Positions 49,019-59,426 of a DNA stretch of 64,000 bases are shown here, in pieces; the first letter of the stretch is position 1, and each line of letters starts with the position of its first letter. The DNA lies in contig CAWHDT010000003.1 of the NCBI GenBank assembly GCA_963828195.1, positions 288,001-352,000 on the forward strand, read 5' to 3'. The notes under the pieces are model-generated. The model saw nothing but the letters and a program-made list of their open reading frames with translations, did no database searches and had not been told where the DNA came from. A program made the translations under genes and the position numbers. Origin of the DNA: Candidatus Bathyarchaeota archaeon. GTDB taxonomy: Archaea > Thermoproteota > Bathyarchaeia > Bathyarchaeales > Bathycorpusculaceae.

Positions 49019-49278
49019 GTTTATCCCGTTCCTTAATTTGGACGTTGCCTGCGGACGATAAATAGTCAGTTCACTTTGGGTAATCACAAAAAGTCATCAC
49101 AATAAGATACTAAATGAAATTCACACAAACACTAAATCTTGTAAATCAAAACTTTAACCGCTTCTGATACTGGAAAAGAAAAATGGGTTGGCAAACCGTT
49201 AATAAAATAATTTAGGTTAAAAGTTAAAACAAAAAATATATTAAGTTAACTGTTTTATGGTTGTTTGCCCGTGAATTC

Positions 49279-49749
49279 ATGAAAACACTAGTCATCTGTT
49301 TTTCTTATCATCATAAAAACACTGCGAAAATAGCGCTGGCGATTGCAGGTCCCCTTAACGCAGAAATCAAAACACCATCAGAAGTTGACCCAAATGGCCT
49401 CTCAGAATATGACCTTGTCGGCTTCGGGTCCGGAGTCTATTATGGAAAACTCGATAAGTCCCTGCTTGAACTTACCGACAAGCTGCCTCAGGTAACTGAC
49501 AAGAAAGCATTCATATTCTCAACAAGCGGCCGAACTGGAAATGCACCTAAATTTCATAAGCAACTCAGAGAAAAACTTCAAGCAAAAGGATTCAACATTG
49601 TCAACGAGTTTAACTGCGCAGGGTTTGACACTTTTGGGCCTCTGAAATTAGTTGGAGGCACAAATAAGGAACGACCCAACCCAGACGATATCAAGCAAGC
49701 AGAAGCCTTCGCCCAAAGCCTAAACCAACCAGCGTCAGTGAAAAGCTAA
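49279..49749 (+). CDS. Flavodoxin-family protein
   Basis: SYHHKNTAKIA, GFGSGVY, FIFSTSG, FNCAGFD. Confidence 0.9.
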   Translation: MKTLVICFSYHHKNTAKIALAIAGPLNAEIKTPSEVDPNGLSEYDLVGFGSGVYYGKLDKSLLELTDKLPQVTDKKAFIFSTSGRTGNAPKFHKQLREKLQAKGFNIVNEFNCAGFDTFGPLKLVGGTNKERPNPDDIKQAEAFAQSLNQPASVKS

Positions 49750-49922
49750 GTTTATGCATTTTAAGTGTCTTCAGCGCTGCGCGCGATTAATGTGCTTCGA
49801 TTTGTTAGCATTTCGCGTGCTTGCTTGTCCATTAGGGATCCTATAGATGCACTTATTTGGATCATATAGTAAACCGGAAGGCTAATCCTGAAACGCCAAC
49901 TTCTAACGGACCTGCTTGTGTT

Positions 49923-51026
49923 TTATTCCGTTTTTTTGGCTAGTGACTCTACCCATTCGCGTTTTTCCCAAAGGGCGCAGCCTTGTATTTCTTTGAGTTC
50001 TGCGTGGTTTTCACGTATAGTTTTGAGCATTTTGGATTGCAGGGCTTCTCTTAGGGGGATGTTTTTGAGGTTGGTGTCTGAGTAGGCGATGAAGGGGCAT
50101 GGTTCAACGTTTCCTTCCGAGCTGACATGGATGAATCCGCGTCCCGCAGAGAGGCATCCGCCGATTTCCTCCTCATCCCAGGGCAAGGCAATGAACATCG
50201 CTGGAAATTTTTTGCGGAAACCATTTCGGATCGCTATGACTTTTGATTTCTGCTCTGCTGAGAGGACCCAATCTTCCGTTCCAGCGATTACGGGAGTGTA
50301 TTCAACCATCATGAAGAGTTTGCATCCCGAATCGACCAGTTGCTTGATGAAGGCTTCGTCTGTGACTTCTGAAAAGTTAGTTCTTGTCAGGGTCAAGGTT
50401 GTTCCCCAAAAGAGACCTTTGTTTTTTAGCTTGTCAATTGATTTGAGCAGTTGATCGTATACTCCTGTGCCTCGTCTGCCGTCTGTGTCAATTTGGTATC
50501 CTTCGAGGCTTAGAAGCGGAACAATATTTTTGGCTGATGCTATTTGCTTAAGCACTTGTTCGTTTAGCAGCAGCCCGTTTGTGAACATCAAAAACATTAT
50601 TTCAGGCGTCTGCTTAGAGATGTCTAATATGTTTGGGCGCATGAGGGGTTCTCCGCCTGCGAGCACAATAAAAGAGATACCACGTTCTTTTGCTTCGTCC
50701 ACGAGGCGCTCGATACGCTCATCACTCATTTCAGCATCGGGTTTGTTTCTTAATGCTTGATGATAGCAACCCGCACAATGCAGGTTACATTTGCTGGTGA
50801 CGCTTATGACTAAGATGGGCGGAACATGCAGTCCCTCTAGTTCCAGCTTCTGCCTTGTCTTAGCCGCTCTATTTTGCCACCGATACGTGCGCAAAAAGAA
50901 AACCGACTGCGAAGGACTGGTGAGGGCAATTCTCACGGCATCTTTAAAGAAGACTCGCAGCGCATCGTTAACTATTTTGTTAATGTTCAAGTTTAGATTG
51001 TCGTCTGGGCGGGATGTTTGGCTCAT
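49923..51026 (-). CDS. Radical SAM protein with SPASM/twitch domain
   Basis: CNLHCAGC, GGEPL, FTNG, GCLSAGRG..EPCPF. Confidence 0.93.
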   Translation of the reverse strand: MSQTSRPDDNLNLNINKIVNDALRVFFKDAVRIALTSPSQSVFFLRTYRWQNRAAKTRQKLELEGLHVPPILVISVTSKCNLHCAGCYHQALRNKPDAEMSDERIERLVDEAKERGISFIVLAGGEPLMRPNILDISKQTPEIMFLMFTNGLLLNEQVLKQIASAKNIVPLLSLEGYQIDTDGRRGTGVYDQLLKSIDKLKNKGLFWGTTLTLTRTNFSEVTDEAFIKQLVDSGCKLFMMVEYTPVIAGTEDWVLSAEQKSKVIAIRNGFRKKFPAMFIALPWDEEEIGGCLSAGRGFIHVSSEGNVEPCPFIAYSDTNLKNIPLREALQSKMLKTIRENHAELKEIQGCALWEKREWVESLAKKTE

Positions 51027-51132
51027 TTATACCACTTTGAGGAGCACGCAAGAATCTATTATACTTATGCATTTTATGCTATTTAGAAAAAAATAGGAAT
51101 ATTTATATTTCTTGAATCAAAAAGGGAAAAGG

Positions 51133-51828
51133 CTATTCGAGTATTATTCTGGCGTCAACTGTTTTTGCGCCTTTCTCGTAAGCCATCACGGGGTTAAGGT
51201 CAAGCTCTTTGATTTCTGGGTTATCCATGACGAGGCGTGAAGTGGCAAACAATATGTTCACTAAGGCTTCGATGTCTGCGGGCGGCGAATTTCTGTACCC
51301 TTTCAGGAGCGGGTAAGCTTTAAGTTCTGTAATCATATCCCTTGCATCATCCATGGTTAGGGGCGCTATTTTGAAGTTTACGTCTTTGAGGATTTCAACA
51401 AAAATTCCGCCTAAACCAAACATCAATGTTTGACCGAACTGGGGGTCTTTGATGGCTCCCACAATAACTTCTGTTGACTGCGGCGCCATTTCCTGCACTA
51501 AAAGCCCCACGATTTTTGCGTTGGCATTGTATTTTTTTACGTTTTCCAAAATTTTCCTGTAAGCTGCCTTGACTTCATCCGCGGTTCTCAAGTTAACCAT
51601 AACGCCGCCAGCATCAGACTTATGAATTACATCAGGCGAAACAATCTTCAAAACAACTGGGTACCCAATTTCATCAGCAAAATCCGCCGCCTCATCTTCA
51701 TTTAACGCAACTTTAAATTTAGTAACAGGAATACCGTACTCCAAACAAACGACTTTGGCTTCCGGTTCAAGAAGCGCCTTTCTGCCCTCTTTTTTAGCTT
51801 GACTAATAATTTTCGAAGTCTGATTCAT
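51133..51828 (-). CDS. ADP-forming acetyl-CoA synthetase beta subunit
   Basis: GYPVVLKIVSPDVIHKSDAGGV, DPQFG, GLGGIFVE, ELDLNP, VDAR. Confidence 0.93.
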   Translation of the reverse strand: MNQTSKIISQAKKEGRKALLEPEAKVVCLEYGIPVTKFKVALNEDEAADFADEIGYPVVLKIVSPDVIHKSDAGGVMVNLRTADEVKAAYRKILENVKKYNANAKIVGLLVQEMAPQSTEVIVGAIKDPQFGQTLMFGLGGIFVEILKDVNFKIAPLTMDDARDMITELKAYPLLKGYRNSPPADIEALVNILFATSRLVMDNPEIKELDLNPVMAYEKGAKTVDARIILE

Positions 51829-51942
51829 CTTAAGCAACTCCCATAGACATTTGAGCTTATGACATACACTATTGCTTTAAAATTCTTTTGATAGGCTGAA
51901 AGCATTTGGATGATGCTGCTTGCTTGGTGTAGATGTGTTCAA

Positions 51943-51994
51943 CACCCCAACATTACAATATATTGAGACATAAGACTTAATAAGTGTTGGGGTG
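51943..51994. promoter_or_regulatory. Inverted-repeat-flanked promoter segment upstream of the pilus operon
   Basis: caccccaaca (51943-52) and tgttggggtg (51985-94) form a perfect 10-bp IR around caatatattg and TATA-like cttaataa. Confidence 0.55.
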
Positions 51995-52013
51995 AACCTA
52001 AATACGATTAACA

Positions 52014-53747
52014 ATGCAAAAGCCAAGCCTCAAACAAAAACTCAAAGAATCAACCTCCAAGCTACTGCACCCCAAAAACAAAAACAAATCACCCAACAAA
52101 AAAACTGCTGAAACCAAAGCTTCCACAGAAAGCAAACCAAACACCAACAAAAGATTCAAGCTCCCGAAAATCAATTTCGCCTCAAAAAAGAAAAAACCGG
52201 AACCAGAACTGCCTTCAGTAGCCAAATCGCTACCGAAAGGGATCAAAATTGCCGACAAATACCCATTGTACGAGCCGTTCTCGCAGGTTGTAATAGTTCA
52301 GGACCCTAAAACGGGAGAGTTCAAGTACGTTCTTGATGAGTTGCAGCTTGATCCAATGGAACGGGGAATATATAATCGCATCTTAGAAATGTTGCTTGCC
52401 GAAATTGAGTCGCCAAAAGGGCAAATAAAGGATCCCAGAAAATTTTTTGCTCAAGAAGCAAAAAAGATAGTGGACAAATACCGCATCAGCCTCGGCTGGT
52501 TGCCAGATGTTTCATGGTACAAAATCATCTATCATGCAGAACGTGACCTTGTCGGTTTCGGCTTAATCGATTCATTAATGCGTGACCCAAACATAGAAGA
52601 CATTTCATGCGACGGAGTAAACAGGCCAGTTTACATTTGGCACCGCGTCTTCGAAAGCATAGAAACCAACGTTCAATTTGAAAGCGACGAAGTCCTCGAT
52701 AACATGGTGGTTAAACTTGTTCACATGGCTGGAAAACACGTCAGCTCCGCTTTCCCAATAGTTGATGCTTCTCTCCCAGGAAAACACAGATTGGCAGTGT
52801 GTTACAGAAGAGAAATCACGCCTTTTGGAACAGCTTTCACGATCCGAAAGTTCCGAGATGATCCATATTCAATAATCGATTTAATCAACATAGGTACATT
52901 CACGGAAGAACTTGCAGCTTACCTGTGGATTTGTTTAGAAAACCGTGCTTCCATCATGATTCTGGGCGGAACAGCTGCTGGCAAAACCACCGCGTTAAAC
53001 GCAATGGCATGCCTGATTAAGCCTGGAAGCAAAATCATCACGATAGAAGAAACTGCTGAGTTAAACTTATCTGCTGAAAACTGGGTTTCATTGATTTCTC
53101 GTCAAAGCTACGGTTTAGGCGGAAGCAGCGTTGGCGAAGTACCGCTCTTTGACCTAGTAAAAGCTTCAATGCGTCACCGCCCCGACATGTTAATTGTAGG
53201 AGAAATTAGAGGTCAAGAAGCATACGTTCTATTTCAAGCCTTAGCTACCGGCCACGGCGGCATGGCAACAATGCACGCTGAAAATGTGGATACAGCAGTT
53301 AAACGGTTAACGCAGAAACCCATGGAAATTTCTCCAGCTTATATCCCATTAATGAACGTAATCATATCCGTTCAGCGTGTGCACCTCGTCAAGAACGGCG
53401 TAAAAAAGGCTTACAGGCGTATACTTGCCACTAGTGAAATTGTCGGCTTTGAAAATTATCTAAAAATCTTCCAATGGGATCCAAACGCTGACGTGCAAAA
53501 TCCGTATTTTGAAAACAGCGAGTTATTATCGTCGATAGCAAAACGTTCGGGTATAACAAGGGAAGAGTTGCTTGAAGAAATGAAAAGACGCAGTAATGTT
53601 CTGCGTTGGATGCGGCAACAAAAAATCAGAAGCTACAAGGAAGTAGCATCAATAATCGCAGAATACTACGCAAGACCGAAAGAATTTTACCAAAAAATCC
53701 ACGTAAACGAGGAGGTAAAACCAGTTGCCGTTTCTAGAGAAATTTGA
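52014..53747 (+). CDS. Type II/IV secretion (archaeal pilus assembly) ATPase
   Basis: DPNIEDISCDG, FTIRKF, GGTAAGKTT, IEETAEL, RHRPD..VGEIRG, TGHGG; Lys-rich N-terminal extension. Confidence 0.95.
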   Translation: MQKPSLKQKLKESTSKLLHPKNKNKSPNKKTAETKASTESKPNTNKRFKLPKINFASKKKKPEPELPSVAKSLPKGIKIADKYPLYEPFSQVVIVQDPKTGEFKYVLDELQLDPMERGIYNRILEMLLAEIESPKGQIKDPRKFFAQEAKKIVDKYRISLGWLPDVSWYKIIYHAERDLVGFGLIDSLMRDPNIEDISCDGVNRPVYIWHRVFESIETNVQFESDEVLDNMVVKLVHMAGKHVSSAFPIVDASLPGKHRLAVCYRREITPFGTAFTIRKFRDDPYSIIDLINIGTFTEELAAYLWICLENRASIMILGGTAAGKTTALNAMACLIKPGSKIITIEETAELNLSAENWVSLISRQSYGLGGSSVGEVPLFDLVKASMRHRPDMLIVGEIRGQEAYVLFQALATGHGGMATMHAENVDTAVKRLTQKPMEISPAYIPLMNVIISVQRVHLVKNGVKKAYRRILATSEIVGFENYLKIFQWDPNADVQNPYFENSELLSSIAKRSGITREELLEEMKRRSNVLRWMRQQKIRSYKEVASIIAEYYARPKEFYQKIHVNEEVKPVAVSREI

Positions 53748-55452
53748 GGCCCTTTCTTACCGCCTTTTCGGTCGTTTCACACCGTACTTTTTGACAAATG
53801 TTTTTCCAACTGTTAAAGGTTCTTTGGAGAAGGGACGGGTAAAAATTTACCCTCAAACTTACATTTCTATGATGTTCTTCATAGCTATTTTGACTCTTCC
53901 TGTCTCAGTGTTGGGTGTATTTCTTGTTTTGATTACTCGGTTTTTACCGCTCCTTGCTTTGGTACCGCTCCCGCTTTTTGTAATCGGCGGGTTCTTGCTT
54001 GTTCCCTCAAATAATGCCAGCGACCGAGCGACAAACTTGGAGCGTGAAATACCGTTTGCGGCAGCATATATCAGCGTCATGGCATCAGGCGGCATTGCAC
54101 CCTACACCAGCTTCAAACGTCTATCAGAAGTTGATCTTATGCCAGCTATGCGTAAAGAAGCACAGGATTTAATGAAAGACGTCGAAGTTTTTGGCGTTGA
54201 CCCACTATCGGCCCTGGAGCAAGCTGCAAAAAAAGTCCCGCTGGACATATTCAAAGATTTTCTGAGCGGTTACGCTTCAACAGTTATTATCGGCGGCGAC
54301 ATAGGACATTTCCTTGAACGCAAAGCAGAAGACATATTCAAAACCCGTGCGCTGCGCGTTAAAGCCGCTGCTGAACGTCTTGGAATGCTACTTGAAACCT
54401 TCATTATTGTTATGGTTATGATGTCACTTTGTTTCTACATACTCTTCGCTGTCCAGCAAATTCAGACAGGGACCAACACAGCAACCAACTTGTCCACGTT
54501 CTCAGGCATACTGATGTACACTTACCTTTTCTCGCCACTGCTCGCAGTAGTATTCGTTTATCTAGCTCACAGTATGCAGCCCAAAACGCCGATAGTAGAA
54601 ATGCGTCCCTACAAAATTTTTGGAATATGCAGCGTAATAGGCATATTTGTATTCTTGCTGCTCACAAACTTCATGGGAGCAACTCAACTTCCTCTCTTCA
54701 CCAACCTGATAGCCATGGGTCTTGATTTGCCTATAGCTCTAACGGTAGCCTTGTTTATCACTGCTGCTCCGGCAGCCTTAGTTCACATAAAATTGGCCAA
54801 AGCTAAAGAAAGCATGGAAGCGGGAATCACGAGTTTTCTCAGAGACCTCACGGAAGTGAGGAAAACAGGTCTGTCTCCAGAAAAATGCATCGAAAGCCTA
54901 TCCACCCGAGACTATGGCTCTTTCAGCAAGGAACTTCGTAAAATCAGCGCCGACATTTCCTGGGGGATCCCGCTCAAAAAGGTCATGATGGATTTCCTTC
55001 GCCGCACGCGCAGTTGGATGGTGCAGATAGTCATGTTTCTGCTAGTTGAAACTATAGATGTTGGCGGCGGCACCATCGCCATGATTGAATCCTTGGCACG
55101 CTTTAACAGTTTGACAGCCGAAGTGGATAAAGAAAAGAAAATGTCCGTTCGCCCCTACGTGATGATGCCCTATTTGGCGTCAATCTTGCTTGTCGCAACC
55201 ACCGTCATGATGATGAGCTTTACCACAGGCTTTGGCGCAACAACTACAACCGTCACCGCGGCATCTGCAGCAAGCAAAAGCCTGATGCAAACGATATTCA
55301 TGACCGCGGTTATCTTCAACAGTTATGTCATCGGAATAGTTGCTGGAAAAATAAGTGAAGAATCAATCTCAGCTGGATTCAAACATGCTGCAATCCTTGT
55401 TATAATCGCCTGTTTAGCTGCAAAACTCATACCCATGTTCGTGAAAATCTAG
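53725..55452 (+). CDS. Pilus membrane platform protein (TadC/T2SS F family, two domains)
   Basis: MASGG, FGVDPLSAL, FLRDLTEVRKTG, ISWG, IDVGGG, GIVAGKISE. Confidence 0.93.
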   Translation: MPFLEKFEALSYRLFGRFTPYFLTNVFPTVKGSLEKGRVKIYPQTYISMMFFIAILTLPVSVLGVFLVLITRFLPLLALVPLPLFVIGGFLLVPSNNASDRATNLEREIPFAAAYISVMASGGIAPYTSFKRLSEVDLMPAMRKEAQDLMKDVEVFGVDPLSALEQAAKKVPLDIFKDFLSGYASTVIIGGDIGHFLERKAEDIFKTRALRVKAAAERLGMLLETFIIVMVMMSLCFYILFAVQQIQTGTNTATNLSTFSGILMYTYLFSPLLAVVFVYLAHSMQPKTPIVEMRPYKIFGICSVIGIFVFLLLTNFMGATQLPLFTNLIAMGLDLPIALTVALFITAAPAALVHIKLAKAKESMEAGITSFLRDLTEVRKTGLSPEKCIESLSTRDYGSFSKELRKISADISWGIPLKKVMMDFLRRTRSWMVQIVMFLLVETIDVGGGTIAMIESLARFNSLTAEVDKEKKMSVRPYVMMPYLASILLVATTVMMMSFTTGFGATTTTVTAASAASKSLMQTIFMTAVIFNSYVIGIVAGKISEESISAGFKHAAILVIIACLAAKLIPMFVKI

Positions 55453-55467
55453 AAAGGAACAAAAAAC

Positions 55468-56361
55468 ATGTTGTCTACTAAAGCCCCAAAAAACATGCGA
55501 AGAAATGAACAGGCAATAAGCCCAGCTATTTCTACCGTTATCATGACAGCGGCTCTTGTGGTTCTAGTTTTCGTGGCTTTGAGCTTTGCAGACACCAGCC
55601 TAAACACTCAGCTGGCTGGAGACGAGTTTAATGCAAACAAGCAGTTCATGCAATCCACTGGCCAGCAGATAGATGACGTGGCATGGACAATTGGGAGAAC
55701 CGAAACAGTTGATTATACAGCCAAATACGGGCAAGTGGCATTTGAACCTAACGTTATTAACTATACTATTGAAATTAACACAGGAAGTTTAGGGCAGCCT
55801 CATTGGCAGACCATTTACAACTTTACAACCGGCATGGTCGTGTTCAACATGCCAGTAAGTGACTACAGTTTAGGCAACAATTACTTTACCCGAATAATAC
55901 CTTCCGACAACGGTTCATTTTTGCAATGGAACGCTTCTGCGCCAGTTTGCCAAGTATTTGCTAGGCAAGTGGCACCCATGCAGGATGGAAGTTACGCGAG
56001 AATAGTTGCAGTTCCCACAGTTAGAGCATTAAATTCGACCCTGAATACAGGGAACGGGAACTTGAATTGCTATACGTTTTACTTGCCACAGCTTTTCAGC
56101 ACCTCAAATCCATATCTTTCGCAATCTGTCACGTTAACTGGAGTAGGTTTGACTAGCTTAACTCCAAGTGGTACTATTTCTCAAGTTCGCATAAACGGAA
56201 CGGCCTTGGCAGCGCCGTCAACTCCCCCAGGGTTCAATACTGCGTTCTTCAACTTTGACCACACTTCAGAAACTGTTTCAATTACTTCTTCGGGGTCTCT
56301 TTCCTCATTAATTGAATTTTACATAGGCTCAGTAGAAGTCTCGATAGGGATGGCATCTTAA
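55468..56361 (+). CDS. Pilin-like protein with class III signal peptide
   Basis: RRNEQA|ISPAISTVIMTAALVVLV; located in the pilus operon. Confidence 0.82.
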   Translation: MLSTKAPKNMRRNEQAISPAISTVIMTAALVVLVFVALSFADTSLNTQLAGDEFNANKQFMQSTGQQIDDVAWTIGRTETVDYTAKYGQVAFEPNVINYTIEINTGSLGQPHWQTIYNFTTGMVVFNMPVSDYSLGNNYFTRIIPSDNGSFLQWNASAPVCQVFARQVAPMQDGSYARIVAVPTVRALNSTLNTGNGNLNCYTFYLPQLFSTSNPYLSQSVTLTGVGLTSLTPSGTISQVRINGTALAAPSTPPGFNTAFFNFDHTSETVSITSSGSLSSLIEFYIGSVEVSIGMAS

Positions 56362-56380
56362 TGCTGAAGAGGTGTGAAAT

Positions 56381-56857
56381 GTGGCAAATATAACCATTGA
56401 GTACATGATTTTGATTCCAATTTTAATCTTACAAATATTCCTGTTGCCATACGCTACGGGCATTTTCATGAGTTACTGGACAACATCAAGCGACACGCTT
56501 GCCCTCAACAACGCTTGCACTCATATAAGTGCCTCAATAGGGCAACTCTACTTGTTCTTAAACAACCCTTCTGTTTCATCTGGAACAGTAACGAACAATC
56601 TTGGCATTTCTACATACATCGGAAACTATGCTTACAGTGGAAACGCGACTTTGAACTCCTCTTCTGGCTCTGGCTCGGGGGCAGTCTTAGAATTAACCCT
56701 GACTTTGATAGGGAGTTCAATTTCGACTACCGCGCCAGTTACTTTGGGGAACAATGTTCAATGGGTGAACTCTACTCTTGTGAGTAACTCAAATCTCAAT
56801 TGCGTTATTGGACAAAAAGAAAGCAACAACACAATTTTGCTATCTTTTGGGACTTAG
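56381..56857 (+). CDS. Minor pilin-like protein
   Basis: MANITIEYMILIPILILQ (TIEY motif); gaggtg RBS. Confidence 0.75.
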   Translation: MANITIEYMILIPILILQIFLLPYATGIFMSYWTTSSDTLALNNACTHISASIGQLYLFLNNPSVSSGTVTNNLGISTYIGNYAYSGNATLNSSSGSGSGAVLELTLTLIGSSISTTAPVTLGNNVQWVNSTLVSNSNLNCVIGQKESNNTILLSFGT

Positions 56858-56868
56858 GAGGAAATGAA

Positions 56869-58083
56869 GTGTCAGGTGTAACTATTGATCATCTCGTTTC
56901 AGTTGTGGTGCTTGTAGCTGCCGTGCTGCTTTTTATTGCTCTCTTTAATAACACACTTTCTGTCGCGGTGGATTATCAGCGCAATACTTCAACCGCAGGA
57001 GAGTGTAGTGATCTCTTAGATTCAATATTGCTGACGCCGGGAATTCCAACAATTGGCACCCCGGTGGAGTTTGGGCTACAAGATCCATCGTTGACACAAT
57101 ATCAACTTAATGCCTTTGCGTTGATGCGTCTAGATTCATCATCTGGGACAGCTGTAAGCTATCAGAAAACAAGCCTTACCTATAGCAATATTACTAGCCC
57201 TAACAGTTATTTGCTTTATCCATACAGCGACATGGTTAATTATTCTACGGCATTGTCGTTGCTTGGAATAAACGGCACTTACGGATTTCAGCTGTCTTTG
57301 ACCCCAACAGTGGCTGTATCTATAACTCCAACCAGCACCATCAACAATCCTTTGAACTTAACGATAAACGTGAGAGGAACCGGTTTTCCACTCGGCTACG
57401 CTGACATTAACTACATTCTGGTTCCGGTGTCTCTTGCCAGCACTTACCCAATTTTTGAAACTCTAAGCGATCAAGCTGGAACGGTAGAAACTAATAGCTT
57501 AGGCTCGGCTTCTGTGACATTTTCCGATTTCTCGCCGAACCCAAATTTGACTTACGCGTTTGTAGCTTATGCCTACCTTGACGGAGTCACAGGCGTAGGA
57601 TACTATGTGCCTGCTCCATTGGGAGATCAAAGCATTGTTCCATTCATTAATCCGCTTTCTACTGAAAGTGTAACTTTGGCAAATAGCGCTGACGTTCCCG
57701 ACACCTCCAATACTGCAAGTGCTTTGAATTACAATGCAACTTTCATTTTAGAAGGCGAAAACTACGCCATTCAAGAGACTTCGCTTGGAAGTTCTAATCC
57801 ATCTGGCTCGGTAACCTCGGGCTCAGGATATCCATCTATTACCCTCTCAATGGGTTCTTACAGTCCTGGCATTCTTGTAATAGCATACAGTAACTCTGAC
57901 AACAGCGGCGTCACTCTTGTGCCCTGGGGATTTGGTTCTTTAGGTTTTCCCATGACGTTTGGAGGAAGCCCGATAAATCAAGGGTGGGTTGCAACGGACT
58001 TGCGTCAAGTGCAAATCAGCGGGATTTCTTACCAGGCCAAGCTTTCCATTTGGAGCGAACAAAGCTATTCGGAGGCAGGCTAA
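56869..58083 (+). CDS. Minor pilin-like protein
   Basis: GTG start after ggagg; MSGVTIDHLVSVVVLV; LLTPG.P..FGL motif. Confidence 0.75.
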   Translation: MSGVTIDHLVSVVVLVAAVLLFIALFNNTLSVAVDYQRNTSTAGECSDLLDSILLTPGIPTIGTPVEFGLQDPSLTQYQLNAFALMRLDSSSGTAVSYQKTSLTYSNITSPNSYLLYPYSDMVNYSTALSLLGINGTYGFQLSLTPTVAVSITPTSTINNPLNLTINVRGTGFPLGYADINYILVPVSLASTYPIFETLSDQAGTVETNSLGSASVTFSDFSPNPNLTYAFVAYAYLDGVTGVGYYVPAPLGDQSIVPFINPLSTESVTLANSADVPDTSNTASALNYNATFILEGENYAIQETSLGSSNPSGSVTSGSGYPSITLSMGSYSPGILVIAYSNSDNSGVTLVPWGFGSLGFPMTFGGSPINQGWVATDLRQVQISGISYQAKLSIWSEQSYSEAG

Positions 58084-58085
58084 TT

Positions 58086-59426
58086 ATGATGCGAACAGTT
58101 GAAGTTGTGCTGGTCATATTGCTTTTGGGCGGGGCATATGTAGCTGTCTCAAGCTATATTACGCTTCCATCTCCAAGCAGTGTTTCTCCAGTCAACTTGA
58201 ATCAGCTTGCTTACACTACTCTGCAAGAATTGGACTCACGTTATGATTTGAGCTCAGTTGCCTTCCAAAATAGTAGTAGTCCTCAATGGGGTCTGCTTCA
58301 AATTGCGCTTCAGGCATCGTTGCCGCCAAACATGGTTTACAACCTTACGGTATACAACGTAAACACCGCCTCAAACGGAGCACCCTTATACTCAAGCATA
58401 TCTTCAATTTCCGACGCGGCCAATCTGCCAACTTCAGATTCGGTTTCATCACTAGAAGCCTCCTCCAATGTAACCTACATATCAACACCGCAACAAATTT
58501 CTGCAGATGGCGCTCCAGTAACGCTTTACATTTTAGATTGCAGCGACACAAACGGCTGGTGGATCACCGGCTATACTCCTCAAAGCCTAGCTCAAACAGT
58601 CTACAGCCTTCTTTCCCCTTACTTTAAAAACACTATCATGGTTCAAAATACGAATCAATTAAATCAGTTACTAAGTGGACAGTCGCTTCAAGGAGAAACC
58701 GTCAACAACGCTATTGTCATCAATACTTGCGGTGAAGCTGTACCAATTCCTACGAGTTTTAGCAGTCCTACTGGTCTCAATTATACCCAAGGCTACAACT
58801 CTACCGAAAATTCGTTTGCACCATACGATTACACTTTAGGTAAAGTTACAGAGGACTACAATTGGACTTGGGTTAGCATAGTGGGCTGGCCCTTCTATTA
58901 CGTCACCAATACAGGTTCCCTAAGCAGTTCTCAAAACACTTGGGGTATATACGGAATGAACATGGTCGGTTCAGAGGGACTAAGCGCTTTTCTTGAAGGA
59001 TTGGATAACCAACCCTACTCCTACACCGCCTCTTCCGTAGGTCAACCCGGAGTCGTGTCTTTATCAAGCCAGACTCAAAGCTTATGTAACTATTATGGGC
59101 TTTACCCCTCTGTTAATCAGACTTCGACACGCGCATTATCTAGCTCAATAACAACGCAATACAATTTGACAGTCACAACCTCTCTATTCAGTCCTGTCAG
59201 TAACTGTAATCCTGGTGCTGTCTACGAACACCATTGGACTACCAATGGCGTTACGAACTATCAGGGTGGCTTTTTTGCGCTAGGAATGACTAGGATTCCC
59301 GATATTAGACTGACTGCTTTAGGTATCCTATGTGATTATCAGCCAACTAGGTATGGTTCTTTGTATACGGCTGCAGGAAGCAACCGACTTGTGGTGCTTC
59401 AATTGGGAACTGTTGGGGGCGGATAA
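58086..59426 (+). CDS. Minor pilin-like protein with inserted domain
   Basis: MMRTVEVVLVILLL, LQASLPPNMVYNLTV, C-terminal RLVVLQL. Confidence 0.75.
   Translation: MMRTVEVVLVILLLGGAYVAVSSYITLPSPSSVSPVNLNQLAYTTLQELDSRYDLSSVAFQNSSSPQWGLLQIALQASLPPNMVYNLTVYNVNTASNGAPLYSSISSISDAANLPTSDSVSSLEASSNVTYISTPQQISADGAPVTLYILDCSDTNGWWITGYTPQSLAQTVYSLLSPYFKNTIMVQNTNQLNQLLSGQSLQGETVNNAIVINTCGEAVPIPTSFSSPTGLNYTQGYNSTENSFAPYDYTLGKVTEDYNWTWVSIVGWPFYYVTNTGSLSSSQNTWGIYGMNMVGSEGLSAFLEGLDNQPYSYTASSVGQPGVVSLSSQTQSLCNYYGLYPSVNQTSTRALSSSITTQYNLTVTTSLFSPVSNCNPGAVYEHHWTTNGVTNYQGGFFALGMTRIPDIRLTALGILCDYQPTRYGSLYTAAGSNRLVVLQLGTVGGG

Noticed and set aside
52014-55452. Archaellum (arlI/arlJ)
   Set aside because: No arlH, arlF/G or archaellin genes adjacent; the downstream genes are pilin/adhesin type.
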